A stretch of 64,000 nt of DNA from an uncultured Chloroflexia bacterium (GCA_963707215.1 CAVPPB010000003.1:736001-800000), one strand, 5' to 3'; numbered from the stretch's first letter, positions 40,962-51,757 are shown. Translations and numbers: made by a program. The notes: generated by a model from the letters alone, not told the origin.

Positions 40962-42710
40962 CTAGATGGTACGGACGAACGCAAGGGCCGTCGGGTCGGC
41001 CGCGCGAACGTCCGACGGCAGGGCATCGTCACGGAAGCCGGCCGCCTCCAGGACCCTCCTGGCGGTCGCCCGGCGGTCCTCGACCGGGATGGGATCGATC
41101 GGGTCGCGCTCGGCCACGGTGACCTCGGCGCGGACGACCGCGTCCCCTGGTCGCAGGGTCGCCAGGTGCTCCGAGAGCAGCCGGCGGCCCAGGCCGGATC
41201 GCCGGGCAGCTGGCGCGATCCCGAGCGCGAGGATGTCCCGGCGACCCGGCGCCTCGTGGCCCACCGACGAGACCACGAGGCCGACGACCGTCGTCCCGTC
41301 GATCGCCGCGCTGACCTGCGTCCCGGGACTCGAGCGCAGCGCGGCCACGAGGAGGGCACGGACGGCCCCGGGGTCGCTCGGCGCGACGACGCGCGGCGCG
41401 ACCGTCAGCCGCTCGAGCGCTGCGGCATCGACCGTCGGCAGGAGCGCGGGTCGGCCGCGCAGCGGGAGCTCGGCGCCGCCCGGGGCCGCCGCGGCGGCGA
41501 CTGCCGTCACCGAAGGCTGCAGCGGATCCCACCAGCCCCTGTCAGCGGCCTCCCGCACGAGCCTGGGCACGGTGATCCGTCGCGAGAGTTCGCCCGTGAC
41601 CGCTGAGCGGCGCTCGGCGTCTTCCTGGAGGCTCGTCCGCTCGAGCCCGGCGTTCGGCGGGTCGTCGAAAGCCTCGGGAAGCGGCACCTGCCCGTAGCGG
41701 GCCGCCTCCGCCGACCATCGCTCGCGCCAGGCGGACGGGATCGACGCCGGAGGCTCCCGGTGGGCCCCGGCCAGCCAGGTGAGGGCCCACGCCCTCGGGA
41801 CGACCCGGTAGGCGTCGTAGCCCCCTCCGCCCGTCGCCAGCCACCGCCCGGAGGCCCAGCGGTGAGCGACGGCATCGACGATCCGGGCCGCCGCGCCCAT
41901 GGCCGTCGTCGTGACCCGGAGGTGGGCCAGCGGATCGAAGGCATGGCTGTCGGCTCCGTGCTGGCTGACCACCAGGTCCGGGCCGAAGGCGGCCGCCAGC
42001 TCGGGTACCAGGCGGCTGACGACCTCGAGCCAGACCGTCTCCCCCGTCGGTGGCTCGAGCGGCACGTTCACGCTCGTGCCGGCCGCCGCTCCGCCACCGA
42101 GCTCGTCGACGAAACCGGTCCCGGGGAAGAGGTGGCGACCCGATTCGTGGATCGAGAACGTCAGCACACCGGGGTCGGCGCCATGGATCGCCTGGACGCC
42201 ATCACCGTGATGGACGTCGAGGTCCACGTAGAGAACGCGCATCCCGGCCGCGCGGGCCCGGGCGATCGCCAGGGCCGGGTCGTCGTAGACGCAGAAACCG
42301 GAGCCCCGGGCCCGCATGGCGTGATGCAGGCCGCCGCCCGGGTGATGGGCGTGCTCGACGTCCCCCCGGAGGATGGCCTCCACCGCCCGGAGCGAACCCC
42401 CGGCGACGGCCGCCGACGCATCGTGCATGCCCGCGAAGGCCGGGGTGTCGCCGGGCCCGATCCCGAACGCGGGCTCGGCGTCCGGATCGAGCGCGAACCG
42501 CTGGACCGCCTGGACGTACTCGATGGCGTGGCAGGCGAGCAGCTCGTCGACCCGGGCTGGCTCCGGAGCCAGCCCGGGCTCGGCTCCCACGGCACGCAGC
42601 AGGTCGATGCCGGGCCCGAAGCGCCGGGGCGTGAGCGGATGCCCCGGTCCGAAGTCGTACGTCGTCGAACGGGGGCCGAAGACGAGGAGCGGCCGGGACG
42701 GTCCGGTCAT
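40962..42710 (-). CDS. acuC: AcuC-like Zn-dependent deacetylase fused to a C-terminal AcuA-like GNAT domain
   Basis: GHPL.P.R, GGGLHHA, GFC, DLDVHHGDG, FPGTG, NVPL, GADSH..DPL, GGGGY; then acetyl-CoA motif RRSGLGRRLL. Confidence 0.88.
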   Translation of the reverse strand: MTGPSRPLLVFGPRSTTYDFGPGHPLTPRRFGPGIDLLRAVGAEPGLAPEPARVDELLACHAIEYVQAVQRFALDPDAEPAFGIGPGDTPAFAGMHDASAAVAGGSLRAVEAILRGDVEHAHHPGGGLHHAMRARGSGFCVYDDPALAIARARAAGMRVLYVDLDVHHGDGVQAIHGADPGVLTFSIHESGRHLFPGTGFVDELGGGAAAGTSVNVPLEPPTGETVWLEVVSRLVPELAAAFGPDLVVSQHGADSHAFDPLAHLRVTTTAMGAAARIVDAVAHRWASGRWLATGGGGYDAYRVVPRAWALTWLAGAHREPPASIPSAWRERWSAEAARYGQVPLPEAFDDPPNAGLERTSLQEDAERRSAVTGELSRRITVPRLVREAADRGWWDPLQPSVTAVAAAAAPGGAELPLRGRPALLPTVDAAALERLTVAPRVVAPSDPGAVRALLVAALRSSPGTQVSAAIDGTTVVGLVVSSVGHEAPGRRDILALGIAPAARRSGLGRRLLSEHLATLRPGDAVVRAEVTVAERDPIDPIPVEDRRATARRVLEAAGFRDDALPSDVRAADPTALAFVRTI

Positions 42711-42772
42711 GGCCGCACGATAGCGTGAGGCGCCATCCGCCCGGCCGGTCCCCGACCCGCTACCATGCGGGC

Positions 42773-42973
42773 ATGCCCGTCGACCTGATCGTCGTCCTCC
42801 TCGTCATCCTGGCCATCGTGCTGATCTGGCGCGGCCCCAAGACGTTGCCGAAGCTCGGCGAGGCGCTCGGGCGCGGGGTCAAGGAAGCGCGCAAGGAAGC
42901 GTCCGAGATCCAGGACGACCTGTCCAAGAAGCAGGACGGGCCGGACGACACGCAGGGCTCCGCGTCGAGCTGA
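42773..42973 (+). CDS. tatA: twin-arginine translocase TatA/E subunit
   Basis: Single TM followed by GPKTLPKLGEALGRGVKEAR amphipathic helix. Confidence 0.85.
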   Translation: MPVDLIVVLLVILAIVLIWRGPKTLPKLGEALGRGVKEARKEASEIQDDLSKKQDGPDDTQGSASS

Positions 42974-42993
42974 GGCCGCCGCCTCGATCCGAC

Positions 42994-43332
42994 TCAGTCC
43001 GTGGCGGCCGAGACCTCACCCGCGACCCACTCCAGGTAGCCGGCGCTGCCCTCCTGGACCGGGACGGCGATGAGCTCCGGCTCGTCGTACGGATGGCCCT
43101 CGCGGATCGCCTGCTCGACGCGCGGCCAGGCGGCGGCGGTCGTCTTGACCAGCAGGAGCCATTCCTCGGCCAATTCGATGACGCCGCGCCAGCGGTAGCG
43201 ACTTCGGACGGGCCCGATCACCTGTGCGCAGGCTGCCAGGCCGCCATCGACAAGGAGCTCGGCCAGGCGGTCCGCGTCGGCAGGGTCACCGACGGTCGTC
43301 TGGACCTGGAGGACCAGGGGGACATCACTCAT
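42994..43332 (-). CDS. cutA: divalent-cation tolerance protein CutA
   Basis: LAACAQ, SRYRWRG, KTT, HPYDEPE, YLEW. Confidence 0.92.
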   Translation of the reverse strand: MSDVPLVLQVQTTVGDPADADRLAELLVDGGLAACAQVIGPVRSRYRWRGVIELAEEWLLLVKTTAAAWPRVEQAIREGHPYDEPELIAVPVQEGSAGYLEWVAGEVSAATD

Positions 43333-43342
43333 CGGACCGAGT

Positions 43343-44716
43343 CTAGTCGACCGGCAGCCTGATCTCGGCAGCCGAGATCGACCGCTCCACGGCGGCTCCC
43401 TCGACCGGCTCGCCGTGCGCCGGCAGGAGCCGACGCGGCTCGAGGGCCCGAAGTCGAGCGAGCGACCGGCGCCAGGCGACCGGGTCATGCGGACCCCGGA
43501 CCGATCGCGACGGGGGCGGCCCGACCAGGTCGCCGACGATCGCCGAAGCGGAGGCGGGGACCCACAGGATCAGGTGCTCCGGACGCGGCCCAGGGGCTGC
43601 CACCGCGACGATGCGGACGTCACCCGACGGCACCATGGCCCCATCGGCGAGGGGCTCGACGGGGAACGGCAGCCACCGGCCCGCACCGTCGGCTCCATGG
43701 ACCAGCAGCTCGAGGCCGTCGCGGAGGGACTCCGCGCCGCCGGCGTGGTCGGGATCGGGAGCCGTGAGGGCGATGGCTCCGATCGTCGCCCCGTCGGCGG
43801 CCGTGGCCTCGACCAGGGCAAGCAGTGACTCCTCGGACGGATCGCCAGGATCGACGACGACGCGCTCGCGCCCGCCGACGACGTACGTCCGGACCTCGAG
43901 CCCGTCGACGCCGGCAGCCCCGGGCATCGTCACCCCGACGATGTCCGGGGCGACCTCGGCGACCGTCGGCAGCCCCGCCGGCCCCGGCACCAGCTCCAGG
44001 ACGTCGGCCGGGCCCCGGACATGCTCGAGCCGCTGGAGGTTCGCCGACGTCGGCAGCCACATCGGGATCGAGCGGTCGGCTGATCCGCGGAGCGCCGCGC
44101 CGGGCCGGATCCAGCGGTGGGCAGCGACCTCCTCGCCGAGGAGACTGGGCTCGGCAGCGTCCGGCAGCCAGGCGGCGAAGAACCTGGCGTCGTAGCGCCT
44201 CGGCAGGACGGGCGGCGTGACCCAGCGGGAGAGCGGGACCAGCAGGTCGGTCCGAAGCTCCAGGTCCCACTCGGCCACCAGGGTCGCGAACGGCTCCCCG
44301 GCCAGTGCTCGCTCTCGCAGCCGGGCCACCCGAGCCGGATCGACGGTCACGGCCGCGCCCCCGGGCCGCTGCGTCCCGGTCGGCTCGGCCAGCAGGACTC
44401 CGGCTTCCTCGACGAGCTCACGGATCGCGGCGACGTGGAGGGCCAGTGCCGCCTCGGCCGGCGACGAGCCTCCGAGACGCTCGGCCGCGTCGGACGCTGA
44501 GAGCCGGGAACGCCGCAGCAGCGCCGGATCGGCATCGTCGGGATCGACGGCTCCGCCGGGGAACACGTGGACGTCCGGAGCGAAGGCCATCGAGGACGGG
44601 CGATGGGCGAGCAGCACCTCGGGGCCACCGCGGCCCGCGCGCAGCAGCACGACGGTCGCCGCCGCCCGAGGCACGACGTGTGCGAATGAGCCCAGCGACC
44701 GCTCGGGAAACGTCAC
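43343..44716 (-). CDS. Nudix hydrolase / metallo-beta-lactamase-fold fusion protein (MBL metal site degenerate)
   Basis: AATVVL, FPGG.VD, AAIRELVEEAG, WVTP...RRYDARFF; then VVVDPG, DHAGG, GD, LPAHG. Confidence 0.82.
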   Translation of the reverse strand: MTFPERSLGSFAHVVPRAAATVVLLRAGRGGPEVLLAHRPSSMAFAPDVHVFPGGAVDPDDADPALLRRSRLSASDAAERLGGSSPAEAALALHVAAIRELVEEAGVLLAEPTGTQRPGGAAVTVDPARVARLRERALAGEPFATLVAEWDLELRTDLLVPLSRWVTPPVLPRRYDARFFAAWLPDAAEPSLLGEEVAAHRWIRPGAALRGSADRSIPMWLPTSANLQRLEHVRGPADVLELVPGPAGLPTVAEVAPDIVGVTMPGAAGVDGLEVRTYVVGGRERVVVDPGDPSEESLLALVEATAADGATIGAIALTAPDPDHAGGAESLRDGLELLVHGADGAGRWLPFPVEPLADGAMVPSGDVRIVAVAAPGPRPEHLILWVPASASAIVGDLVGPPPSRSVRGPHDPVAWRRSLARLRALEPRRLLPAHGEPVEGAAVERSISAAEIRLPVD

Positions 44717-44732
44717 GGCTCGAGGGCCACGC

Positions 44733-45230
44733 TCAGGACCCGAGCTCCATCGAGAAGCCCCAGAGCCACCGGCCGGGCTCGAACTCCCAGTCGTTGACCT
44801 CGTCGCGCACGAACCCGGTCCCAGCGTAGAGGGCATGGGCCGCGGTCATCGTCGGCAGGGTCAGCAGGACCAGCCGCCGCTTGCCGGCCAGCCGGGCTCG
44901 CTCGATGCAGGCCTCGACGAGCGCCCGACCGACCCCGCGGCCCTGGGCTTCGGGCGCCACCGCCAGCATCCGAAAGCCCGCCTCGTCCTCGCGCTCCCCC
45001 TCGGCGAGCGGACCTGGACCCGGCACGTAGGCCACGCCCCCGAGGACCCGTCGATCGGTCGCATCGACGGCGACGAGCACCGGCACCAGGGCGGCCCGTC
45101 CGGCCACGTCGGCCAGTTCCTCGAGGTAGTCGGCGTGCTCACCGGCTCCTGGCACCTGGAGGTACGCGTCGAGGGTGATCCGCGCGAGCGCCTCGTGCTC
45201 ATCGGGCAAGATCTCGCGGACCTCGATCAC
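44733..45230 (-). CDS. GNAT family N-acetyltransferase
   Basis: [22 protein letters not shown]. Confidence 0.9.
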   Translation of the reverse strand: MIEVREILPDEHEALARITLDAYLQVPGAGEHADYLEELADVAGRAALVPVLVAVDATDRRVLGGVAYVPGPGPLAEGEREDEAGFRMLAVAPEAQGRGVGRALVEACIERARLAGKRRLVLLTLPTMTAAHALYAGTGFVRDEVNDWEFEPGRWLWGFSMELGS

Positions 45231-47404
45231 CCGGCGCCGCCCCCGACGAGCAACGCCTCCAGGGCCTCCGGCTCGTTGACGGGCTGGCGACAGGCGAAGT
45301 CCCGGCAGACGAACGCCGTGGGCCGATCGTTGAGGGTGAAGCGACCGCCCATCAGCGGGACCTGGCTCGCGGCCGGGAGCGCCGCGCAGGCGACCACCCG
45401 GCGCGGCCGGAAGCCCTCGAAGACCGGCGCCAGGAGTCGGGCCGTGGCGGGATCGGCCGGATCACCGACCACCGCGACCTCCTGGAGGCCGGCACTGGCA
45501 AGGTCCGCCGCGATCAGCCACTGGGCGAACGCGGACGGATGGCGCCCCAGGTACGGGCCGACCGATCGCAGGGCTGCCTCGGCCGCCTCTCGGTAGGACG
45601 GATCGCCGGTCAGCGCGGCGAGCTTCAGGAGGACCGTCGTCGCCATGGCTCCCCCGGACGGGGTCGCGTTGTCCTGGATGTCGCGGGGTCGCGCAACGAG
45701 CCGTTCGTGATCGTCGGCGACATCGAAGAAACCGCCCGCTGGGTCGGCGAAGTGGCGCATGACGGTGTGGATCAGCTCGCGCGCGGTGACGAACCAGCGT
45801 TCCTCGAACGTCGCCTCGTACAGGGCGAGCAGACCCTCGGCGAGATCGGCGTGATCCTCGAGGACGCCCGGCGCGCTGGCCCGCCCATCCTTCCAGGACC
45901 GCCGCAGGCGCCCGTCCCCGTCGAGGAGACCGTCGGTGATGACCTCGGCCGCTCGGACCGCCGCGACCCGGAGACCATCCGCGAGGCTGGCGATCTCGGG
46001 CTCCGGCTCGAGTTCGACCGCCCGGGCGGCCTCGGCGAAGGCGGCGATCGCGAGGCCGTTCCAGGCGGCGATGGCCTTGTCGTCGCGGGCCGGCTGGGGC
46101 CGTCTGCTGCGGGCCTCGAGAAGGACCGACCGGGCGCGGGACAGGCGGGCGTCGATCTCGTCGGGGTCCAGGTGAAACCGCTCAGCGAGCACGTCGCTGT
46201 CGAGCACCCTGGCCAGGATCGTGCGTCCCTCCCAGTTGCCATGGGGCGTCACCCCGTAGGCCTCGACCGCGAGCGGGACGTCGTCCCCGAGTCCGGCCTC
46301 CGTGAGGACCGAGATGAGCTCGACGGCGTCCCAGGTGAAGGTCGCGCCCTCGACGCCGTCGGTGTCGGCATCCTGGCTGGCCGCGAACGCCCCATCGGCG
46401 GTGGTCAGCTCTCGACGCAGGTAGCCCAGAGCGCCCAGGGCGACGTCGAGGTAGCGGCGGTCGCCGGTCACCTGCCAGGCATGCAGGTAGGCGCGAGCGA
46501 GCTGGGCGTTGTCGTAGAGCATCTGCTCGAAGTGCGGCACCAGCCAGACCGCGTCGGTCGAGTAGCGGTGGAACCCGCCGCCGAGCTGGTCGCGGACCCC
46601 GCCGTCGGCCATCCTGTCGAGGCTGCGGCGGGCGATGGCAAGCGCTCGATCGTCGCCACCGATGGCCCGCCGGAGGAGGAAGTCGATCGCCATCGGCTGG
46701 GGGAACTTGGGCGCGCTCCCCCACCCGCCGTTGGCGAGGTCGAAGCTCGACTCGAGACCGGCGACCGCGGTGAGCAGAGTCAGCGCATCCGGCAGCGGCG
46801 CCCCGTCGTCGGCCGCGGCCACTTGCTGGGCGATGAGCGCCTCGACGAGCCGGGAGCCGGCCCGCTCGACCTCGTCGCGCTGCTCGTCCCAGGCCCTCCG
46901 AACGCCGGCCAGGACCTGCCGGAAGCTGGGCATCCCGTGGCGGGGCTGGTCGGGGAAGTAGGTCCCCCCGAAGAACGGCCTGCCATCGGGGGTCAGGAAG
47001 ACGGACATCGGCCAGCCACCCTGGCCGGTCATCGCGACCACGGCCGTCATGTAGAGCTGGTCGATGTCGGGCCGCTCCTCGCGGTCGACCTTGATAGCGA
47101 CGAACCCCTCGTTCAGGTCGGCGGCGGTCGCCTCGTCCTCGAAGCTCTCTCGCTCCATGACATGACACCAGTGGCAGGCCGCGTAGCCGATCGAGAGGAA
47201 GATCGGCTTGCCTTCGTCGCGGGCCCGTTCCAGCGCTTCGTCGCCCCAGGGGTACCAGTCGACCGGGTTGTGGGCGTGCTGGAGGAGGTACGGGCTCGTC
47301 TCGCCGATCAGCCGGTTGGCACTCTGCCCGACCCGGGCCTCGACGAGGGGATGTCCCGTCGGAGCCTGGGCCGGCGGATCCTCCGGGCGATCGCTGGCAG
47401 GCAC
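45227..47404 (-). CDS. thioredoxin-domain protein YyaL/SPATA20 family
   Basis: [54 protein letters not shown]. Confidence 0.93.
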   Translation of the reverse strand: MPASDRPEDPPAQAPTGHPLVEARVGQSANRLIGETSPYLLQHAHNPVDWYPWGDEALERARDEGKPIFLSIGYAACHWCHVMERESFEDEATAADLNEGFVAIKVDREERPDIDQLYMTAVVAMTGQGGWPMSVFLTPDGRPFFGGTYFPDQPRHGMPSFRQVLAGVRRAWDEQRDEVERAGSRLVEALIAQQVAAADDGAPLPDALTLLTAVAGLESSFDLANGGWGSAPKFPQPMAIDFLLRRAIGGDDRALAIARRSLDRMADGGVRDQLGGGFHRYSTDAVWLVPHFEQMLYDNAQLARAYLHAWQVTGDRRYLDVALGALGYLRRELTTADGAFAASQDADTDGVEGATFTWDAVELISVLTEAGLGDDVPLAVEAYGVTPHGNWEGRTILARVLDSDVLAERFHLDPDEIDARLSRARSVLLEARSRRPQPARDDKAIAAWNGLAIAAFAEAARAVELEPEPEIASLADGLRVAAVRAAEVITDGLLDGDGRLRRSWKDGRASAPGVLEDHADLAEGLLALYEATFEERWFVTARELIHTVMRHFADPAGGFFDVADDHERLVARPRDIQDNATPSGGAMATTVLLKLAALTGDPSYREAAEAALRSVGPYLGRHPSAFAQWLIAADLASAGLQEVAVVGDPADPATARLLAPVFEGFRPRRVVACAALPAASQVPLMGGRFTLNDRPTAFVCRDFACRQPVNEPEALEALLVGGGAG

Positions 47405-47776
47405 AGCCGGATGGTACCGCGCCCCACGATGGCCGGCGGTCAGCGGATACCGAACCTGCCGTCCTCGGGGGCACGACCTGGGTCGGCGAGCCCGGCCGGA
47501 CCGTCGGAGGGACCGACGAAGTCCCGGCGGTCCGGCCAGCTCGCCCGGGGCCCCGGAGACCGACGGGCCGTTCGGCCGCGGCCGGGTCACTCGCGACCCC
47601 GATCTCGTGGACCACCGACGCGGCCGGTTCCCCCCATCCGCGACGGTGGTCCGCCATGGACGACGCGGGTCGCCGCGCGGCGTTGCAGGTTCTCGCCGAT
47701 GCCGGTTCACGGCCGTGGCCACGCGTCGCCGCCGGATCCGCCGTGATCCGCGGTGATCCGCGGTACGCTCCGCGCG

Positions 47777-48447
47777 ATGAGCGCCGACGTCACGGTTCCC
47801 GGATTCCTGCCCTCGGCGCAGGGCCTGCGGTTCCCCAATCGCTACGCCGACGCCCCCGCGGTCCGGCTTCCCCTCGGGCCGCTGGGCTCCCTGGCCCTCG
47901 GCAACGCCGGCGACGGGCTCTGTGGCGGGATGTGCCGGGTCGTCGTCGCTCGCTGGGAGCGCGGTGAGCCGGCCCCGTCCGAGACCGCCCCTCCCGCGCC
48001 CGGACGCCGCTGTTCCGGGCCATCGTCCGAGCTCAGGTCGAGTCACTCGAGCGGTTCCGGGTGCCGCTGCGCTTCTACTCGCTCCAGGCCTTCCGGCCCG
48101 AGCGCCCCGACCCGCTGGCCCGTCTCTTCGGCCGTCGGACCCGGACCCACGAGACGGTCCTGGCCTGGCGATCCATCCGGGCCTCCATCGACGCGGGCCG
48201 CCCGGCCATCGTCGGCCTGGTCCGTGCGATCGGTGCGGATCCACGGCTGCTGCCCCGGCACCACCAGGTCGTCGCATGGGGCTATGTCGTGGAGCGGGAC
48301 CGGCTCCGCCTGCGGATCTACGATCCAAACCACCCGGGCCGCGACGACGTCGAGCTCCGGATGCGGCTGGCCGTGGACCGGCGTTGGCCGGCGACGATGC
48401 TCCAGACGACCGGCGAGCCCCTGGAGGCCTTCACCCACCTGGCCTGA
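47777..48447 (+). pseudogene. papain-fold (Cys-His-Asp/Asn) hypothetical protein split by a single-base frameshift near 48003
   Basis: GLCGGM in one frame. [11 protein letters not shown]...HHQVVAWGY...IYDPNHP continues in another frame; one base is missing at ccc-gg-acg-ccg. Confidence 0.65.
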
Positions 48448-48465
48448 CTGCTACGCTCGCCCGAC

Positions 48466-50352
48466 ATGGCCGACCTCGACCGCGCCCTTGCCGCGATCGT
48501 CGACACCTTCGTCCCGGGTGGCGACGGCCTGCCGTCCGGCAGCGAGCTCGGGATCCCCGCTCGACTCCGGGCCGAGGTCGAGGCGCTCGGCCGGCCGACC
48601 TTGCGGCGGCAGCTCGACCTGCTCCTCCGTGCCGTGGATAACCCGGCCGCCGCTCTTGTCCTCGCGGGACGCCCCGCCGCCTTCTCGCGACGCTCGCAGG
48701 TCGATCGAGAGGCGTACCTGCGCCGCCTCGCGGTGAGCCCGATCCCGCTCAAGCGCACCGCCTTCCAGGACCTCAAGCGGCTCACCATGCTCCTCGCCTA
48801 TGGGCTGGAGTCGTCGCCCTACCGGGCGCTGACGGGCTTCCGGGCGACGCCGCCGGACGATCCGGTGCCGACGTCCGTCGTGCCCCGCACCCCGCGACCG
48901 GGCGAGACGATCGAGGCCGACGCCTGCGTCGTGGGCTCAGGGGCCGGGGGCTCGGTCGCCGCCGCCGTCCTGGCCGCCGCGGGCCTCCGGGTCGTCGTCC
49001 TGGAGCGCGCCCGCCACGTGGCCGAGGATCGGTTCGGCGGGCCCGAGCTGGAGGGTCTGGCCGACCTCTTCCTCGACCGCGGTCTCAGCGCGACCGACGA
49101 TCGCTGGATCGCCATCAGGGCCGGCAGCGCTGTCGGCGGGGGCACGGTGATCAACTGGAGCAGCTCGCTGCGGGCGCCCGACGTCGTCCGCGAGGAGTGG
49201 GCCGCCGCCGGCATCGGCCCGGAGCTCGATGACCACTACGAGGCCATCGAAGCGGCGATGGGTGTGACGACCGACGAGAGCCACCGCAACGGCCCCAACG
49301 CGCTCCTCGAGCGCGGGCTCGAGGCCCTGGACCTGCCGGCGCAGACCATCCCCCGGAACGTCGCCGGGTGCGGGGAGTGCGGCCCGTGCGCGGTCGGCTG
49401 CCGACGGGGCGCCAAGCGCTCGGCGCTCCGGACCTTCCTGGCCGATGCCGGCCGTGACGGGGCCGAGGTACTCGACGCGACCGACGTCCGGCGGATCCTG
49501 GTCCGCGACGACCGGGTCGAGGGCGTCGAGGCATCCGTCCCCGGCGGGACCATCACCGTCCGGACGCCCCGAGTGGCCCTGGCCGGCGGATCCATCCTCT
49601 CACCGGCGGTCCTGCTTCGCTCCGGCATCGCCCGGTCGACCGCCGGGCGCAACCTGCTCATCCACCCGGTCGCGGCCGTCGTCGGCATCTACGAGGAACC
49701 GGTCGACCCGTGGAGCGGCGTTCCCCAGTCGGTGATGAGCGACGCCTTCGCGACCGTCGACGACCGCTGGGGCTTCCGCCTCGAGGCTGCGCCCACCCAT
49801 CCGGGCCTCATCGCGTCGGGTCATCCCTGGTGGTCCGCGGCGCAGCATCGCGAGGGGATGGCCGAGGCATCCCGGCTCGCTCCGTTCCTCGCCATCGTCC
49901 GGGACCGGATGCCAGGGCGGGTCGACCTCCACCGCGACGGTGCCGTTCGGATCCGCTACGCCGTCGGCCGACCCGAACGTGCTCTCCTGACCCGCTCGAT
50001 GGTCGAGCTCGCCCGGATCCACCGGGCCGCCGGAGCTCGCGGGATCAAGACGCTCCACACGCCGCCGCTCGACTGGCGGGCCGAGGGCGGAGCCTTCGAC
50101 GCCTACGCGGCCGAGATCGGGCGCCGCGGTGTCAGCCCGAACCGGGTCCTCCTGTTCACCGCCCACCAGATGGGGAGCTGCCGGATCGGGACGGATCGGC
50201 GGGCGAGCGTGGCGGACCCTGACGGGCAAGCCTGGGACGTCCGCGGCCTGTGGATCACCGACGCGAGCGCCTTCCCGACCGCATCGGGCGTCAATCCGAT
50301 GCTCTCGATCATGGCCCTGGCCCGCCGGACCGCCCAGCGGATGATCGACTGA
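48466..50352 (+). CDS. GMC family oxidoreductase (long-chain alcohol oxidase-like)
   Basis: VGSGAGG, GGGTVINW, CxxCxxCxxGC, AHQMGSC, DASAFPTASGVNP. Confidence 0.9.
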   Translation: MADLDRALAAIVDTFVPGGDGLPSGSELGIPARLRAEVEALGRPTLRRQLDLLLRAVDNPAAALVLAGRPAAFSRRSQVDREAYLRRLAVSPIPLKRTAFQDLKRLTMLLAYGLESSPYRALTGFRATPPDDPVPTSVVPRTPRPGETIEADACVVGSGAGGSVAAAVLAAAGLRVVVLERARHVAEDRFGGPELEGLADLFLDRGLSATDDRWIAIRAGSAVGGGTVINWSSSLRAPDVVREEWAAAGIGPELDDHYEAIEAAMGVTTDESHRNGPNALLERGLEALDLPAQTIPRNVAGCGECGPCAVGCRRGAKRSALRTFLADAGRDGAEVLDATDVRRILVRDDRVEGVEASVPGGTITVRTPRVALAGGSILSPAVLLRSGIARSTAGRNLLIHPVAAVVGIYEEPVDPWSGVPQSVMSDAFATVDDRWGFRLEAAPTHPGLIASGHPWWSAAQHREGMAEASRLAPFLAIVRDRMPGRVDLHRDGAVRIRYAVGRPERALLTRSMVELARIHRAAGARGIKTLHTPPLDWRAEGGAFDAYAAEIGRRGVSPNRVLLFTAHQMGSCRIGTDRRASVADPDGQAWDVRGLWITDASAFPTASGVNPMLSIMALARRTAQRMID

Positions 50353-50529
50353 CCGGCCGCACGGGGAGCCCGCCGCACGGACGGGCGGTCCGGCTCTCGC
50401 CGATGGTGACACCGGCGAGTATCGTGGGGAGGCAACGCGATCCGCCCGCGGATACGCCGGGCACGACCACGCGTCCGGCCGACCTCGCCAGCGGGCGGTC
50501 CATCGCCGACCGAGCCGGAGGTCCGCCCC

Positions 50530-51681
50530 ATGCCCCTCCTGACCCGCTCCGACATCGCCCGCATGGCCGCCGACGGCCACCACGACCAGGTGTCGATCTA
50601 CCTGCCGACCCATCCGGTCGGCGTGGACGCCGCCCAGGACCCGATCCGCTTCCGCAACCTGCTCGACTGCGCCGAGGAAGCGCTCGAGGCGCACGGCGCC
50701 TCGTCCGCTCGGGTGAGCAGGATCCTCGGGCCGGCCCGCCCGCTCCTCGGCGACCCGTGGTTCTGGCAGCACCAGGCCGATGGACTCGCCGTGTTCCTCG
50801 CCGACGGCGCGATCGAGACGTACCGACTGCCGCTCCGCTTCGACGAGCTCGTCGTCGTGGGGGATCGGCGCCACGTCAAGCCGCTCCTGCCGCTGCTCGA
50901 AACGGACGGTCGCTTCCACATCCTGGCCCTCAGCCAGGCGAGCGTGCGGCTGTTCGAGGCGACCCGCGACGCCATCCGCGAGGTCGACCTCGAGGACGTC
51001 CCAGACAGCCTTCGCGACGTCGTCGGCTACGACTTCGAGCAGCGCACCCTGCAGTTCCACACGGGGACCGGGGGAGGCCGGGGCATGCGGAGCGCGATGT
51101 TCCACGGGCACGGGCAGGTCCAGGACTCCCGCAAGGCGGAGATCGGCCGGTTCCTGCGCGCGGTCGACGAAGGGATCGTCGGACTCCTGGGGCCCGATCC
51201 GGCGCCGCTCGTCCTGGCCGGTGTCGGCTACGTCACCGCGATGTACCGCGACCTCTCGCGGCACCCGGACATCGTCGCTGCCACCATCGAGAGCAATCCC
51301 GACCGGCTGGACGCCCGCGAGCTCCACGCCCTCGCGGTCGGGATCGTCGAGCCCCGGTTCGCCGAGCGCCTTGAGCGAGTCCTCGAGCGGTACCGGGAAG
51401 CCGCCGGGACGGGTCGGGCGACGGCTGACCTCGAGACCGCCCTGGCGGCCGCCGAGGATGGCCGGATCGCCGCCCTGGTCGTCGCGACCGGGGTCCGCCG
51501 CTGGGGCCGCTGGGACCCCCAGGCCAGGAGCGCGGAGCTCCACGATGCGCGCCGGCCGGGCGACCGGGACCTGCTCGACGCGGCGGCCGTCGCCGCGCTC
51601 GGGACGGGCGCGGTGATCCACGCCTGTCCGGCGGAGCGGGTGCCCGGGACCCAGGGGATCGCGGCGATCATGCGCTACTGA
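50530..51681 (+). CDS. bacterial archaeo-eukaryotic release factor family protein (baeRF7/baeRF3-like)
   Basis: VSIYLPTH...QDPIRFRNLL, GLAVF, HVKPLLP, PLVLAG, A..GRI..L, DLLD, IAAIMRY C-terminus; no GGQ. Confidence 0.85.
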   Translation: MPLLTRSDIARMAADGHHDQVSIYLPTHPVGVDAAQDPIRFRNLLDCAEEALEAHGASSARVSRILGPARPLLGDPWFWQHQADGLAVFLADGAIETYRLPLRFDELVVVGDRRHVKPLLPLLETDGRFHILALSQASVRLFEATRDAIREVDLEDVPDSLRDVVGYDFEQRTLQFHTGTGGGRGMRSAMFHGHGQVQDSRKAEIGRFLRAVDEGIVGLLGPDPAPLVLAGVGYVTAMYRDLSRHPDIVAATIESNPDRLDARELHALAVGIVEPRFAERLERVLERYREAAGTGRATADLETALAAAEDGRIAALVVATGVRRWGRWDPQARSAELHDARRPGDRDLLDAAAVAALGTGAVIHACPAERVPGTQGIAAIMRY

Positions 51682-51757
51682 GGCCTCGCGGCCCGGGTGG
51701 ACCGTCGGCCGGGCACCGCCCGGCGAGGTGCGCCTGCGCGTGTAGGCAGCGGCCCGG

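Noticed and set aside
47405-47776. Small gene or ncRNA in the yyaL divergent gap
   Set aside because: No convincing ORF or standout structure; only a short CCGTGATCCG/CGGTGATCCG duplication near the promoter.
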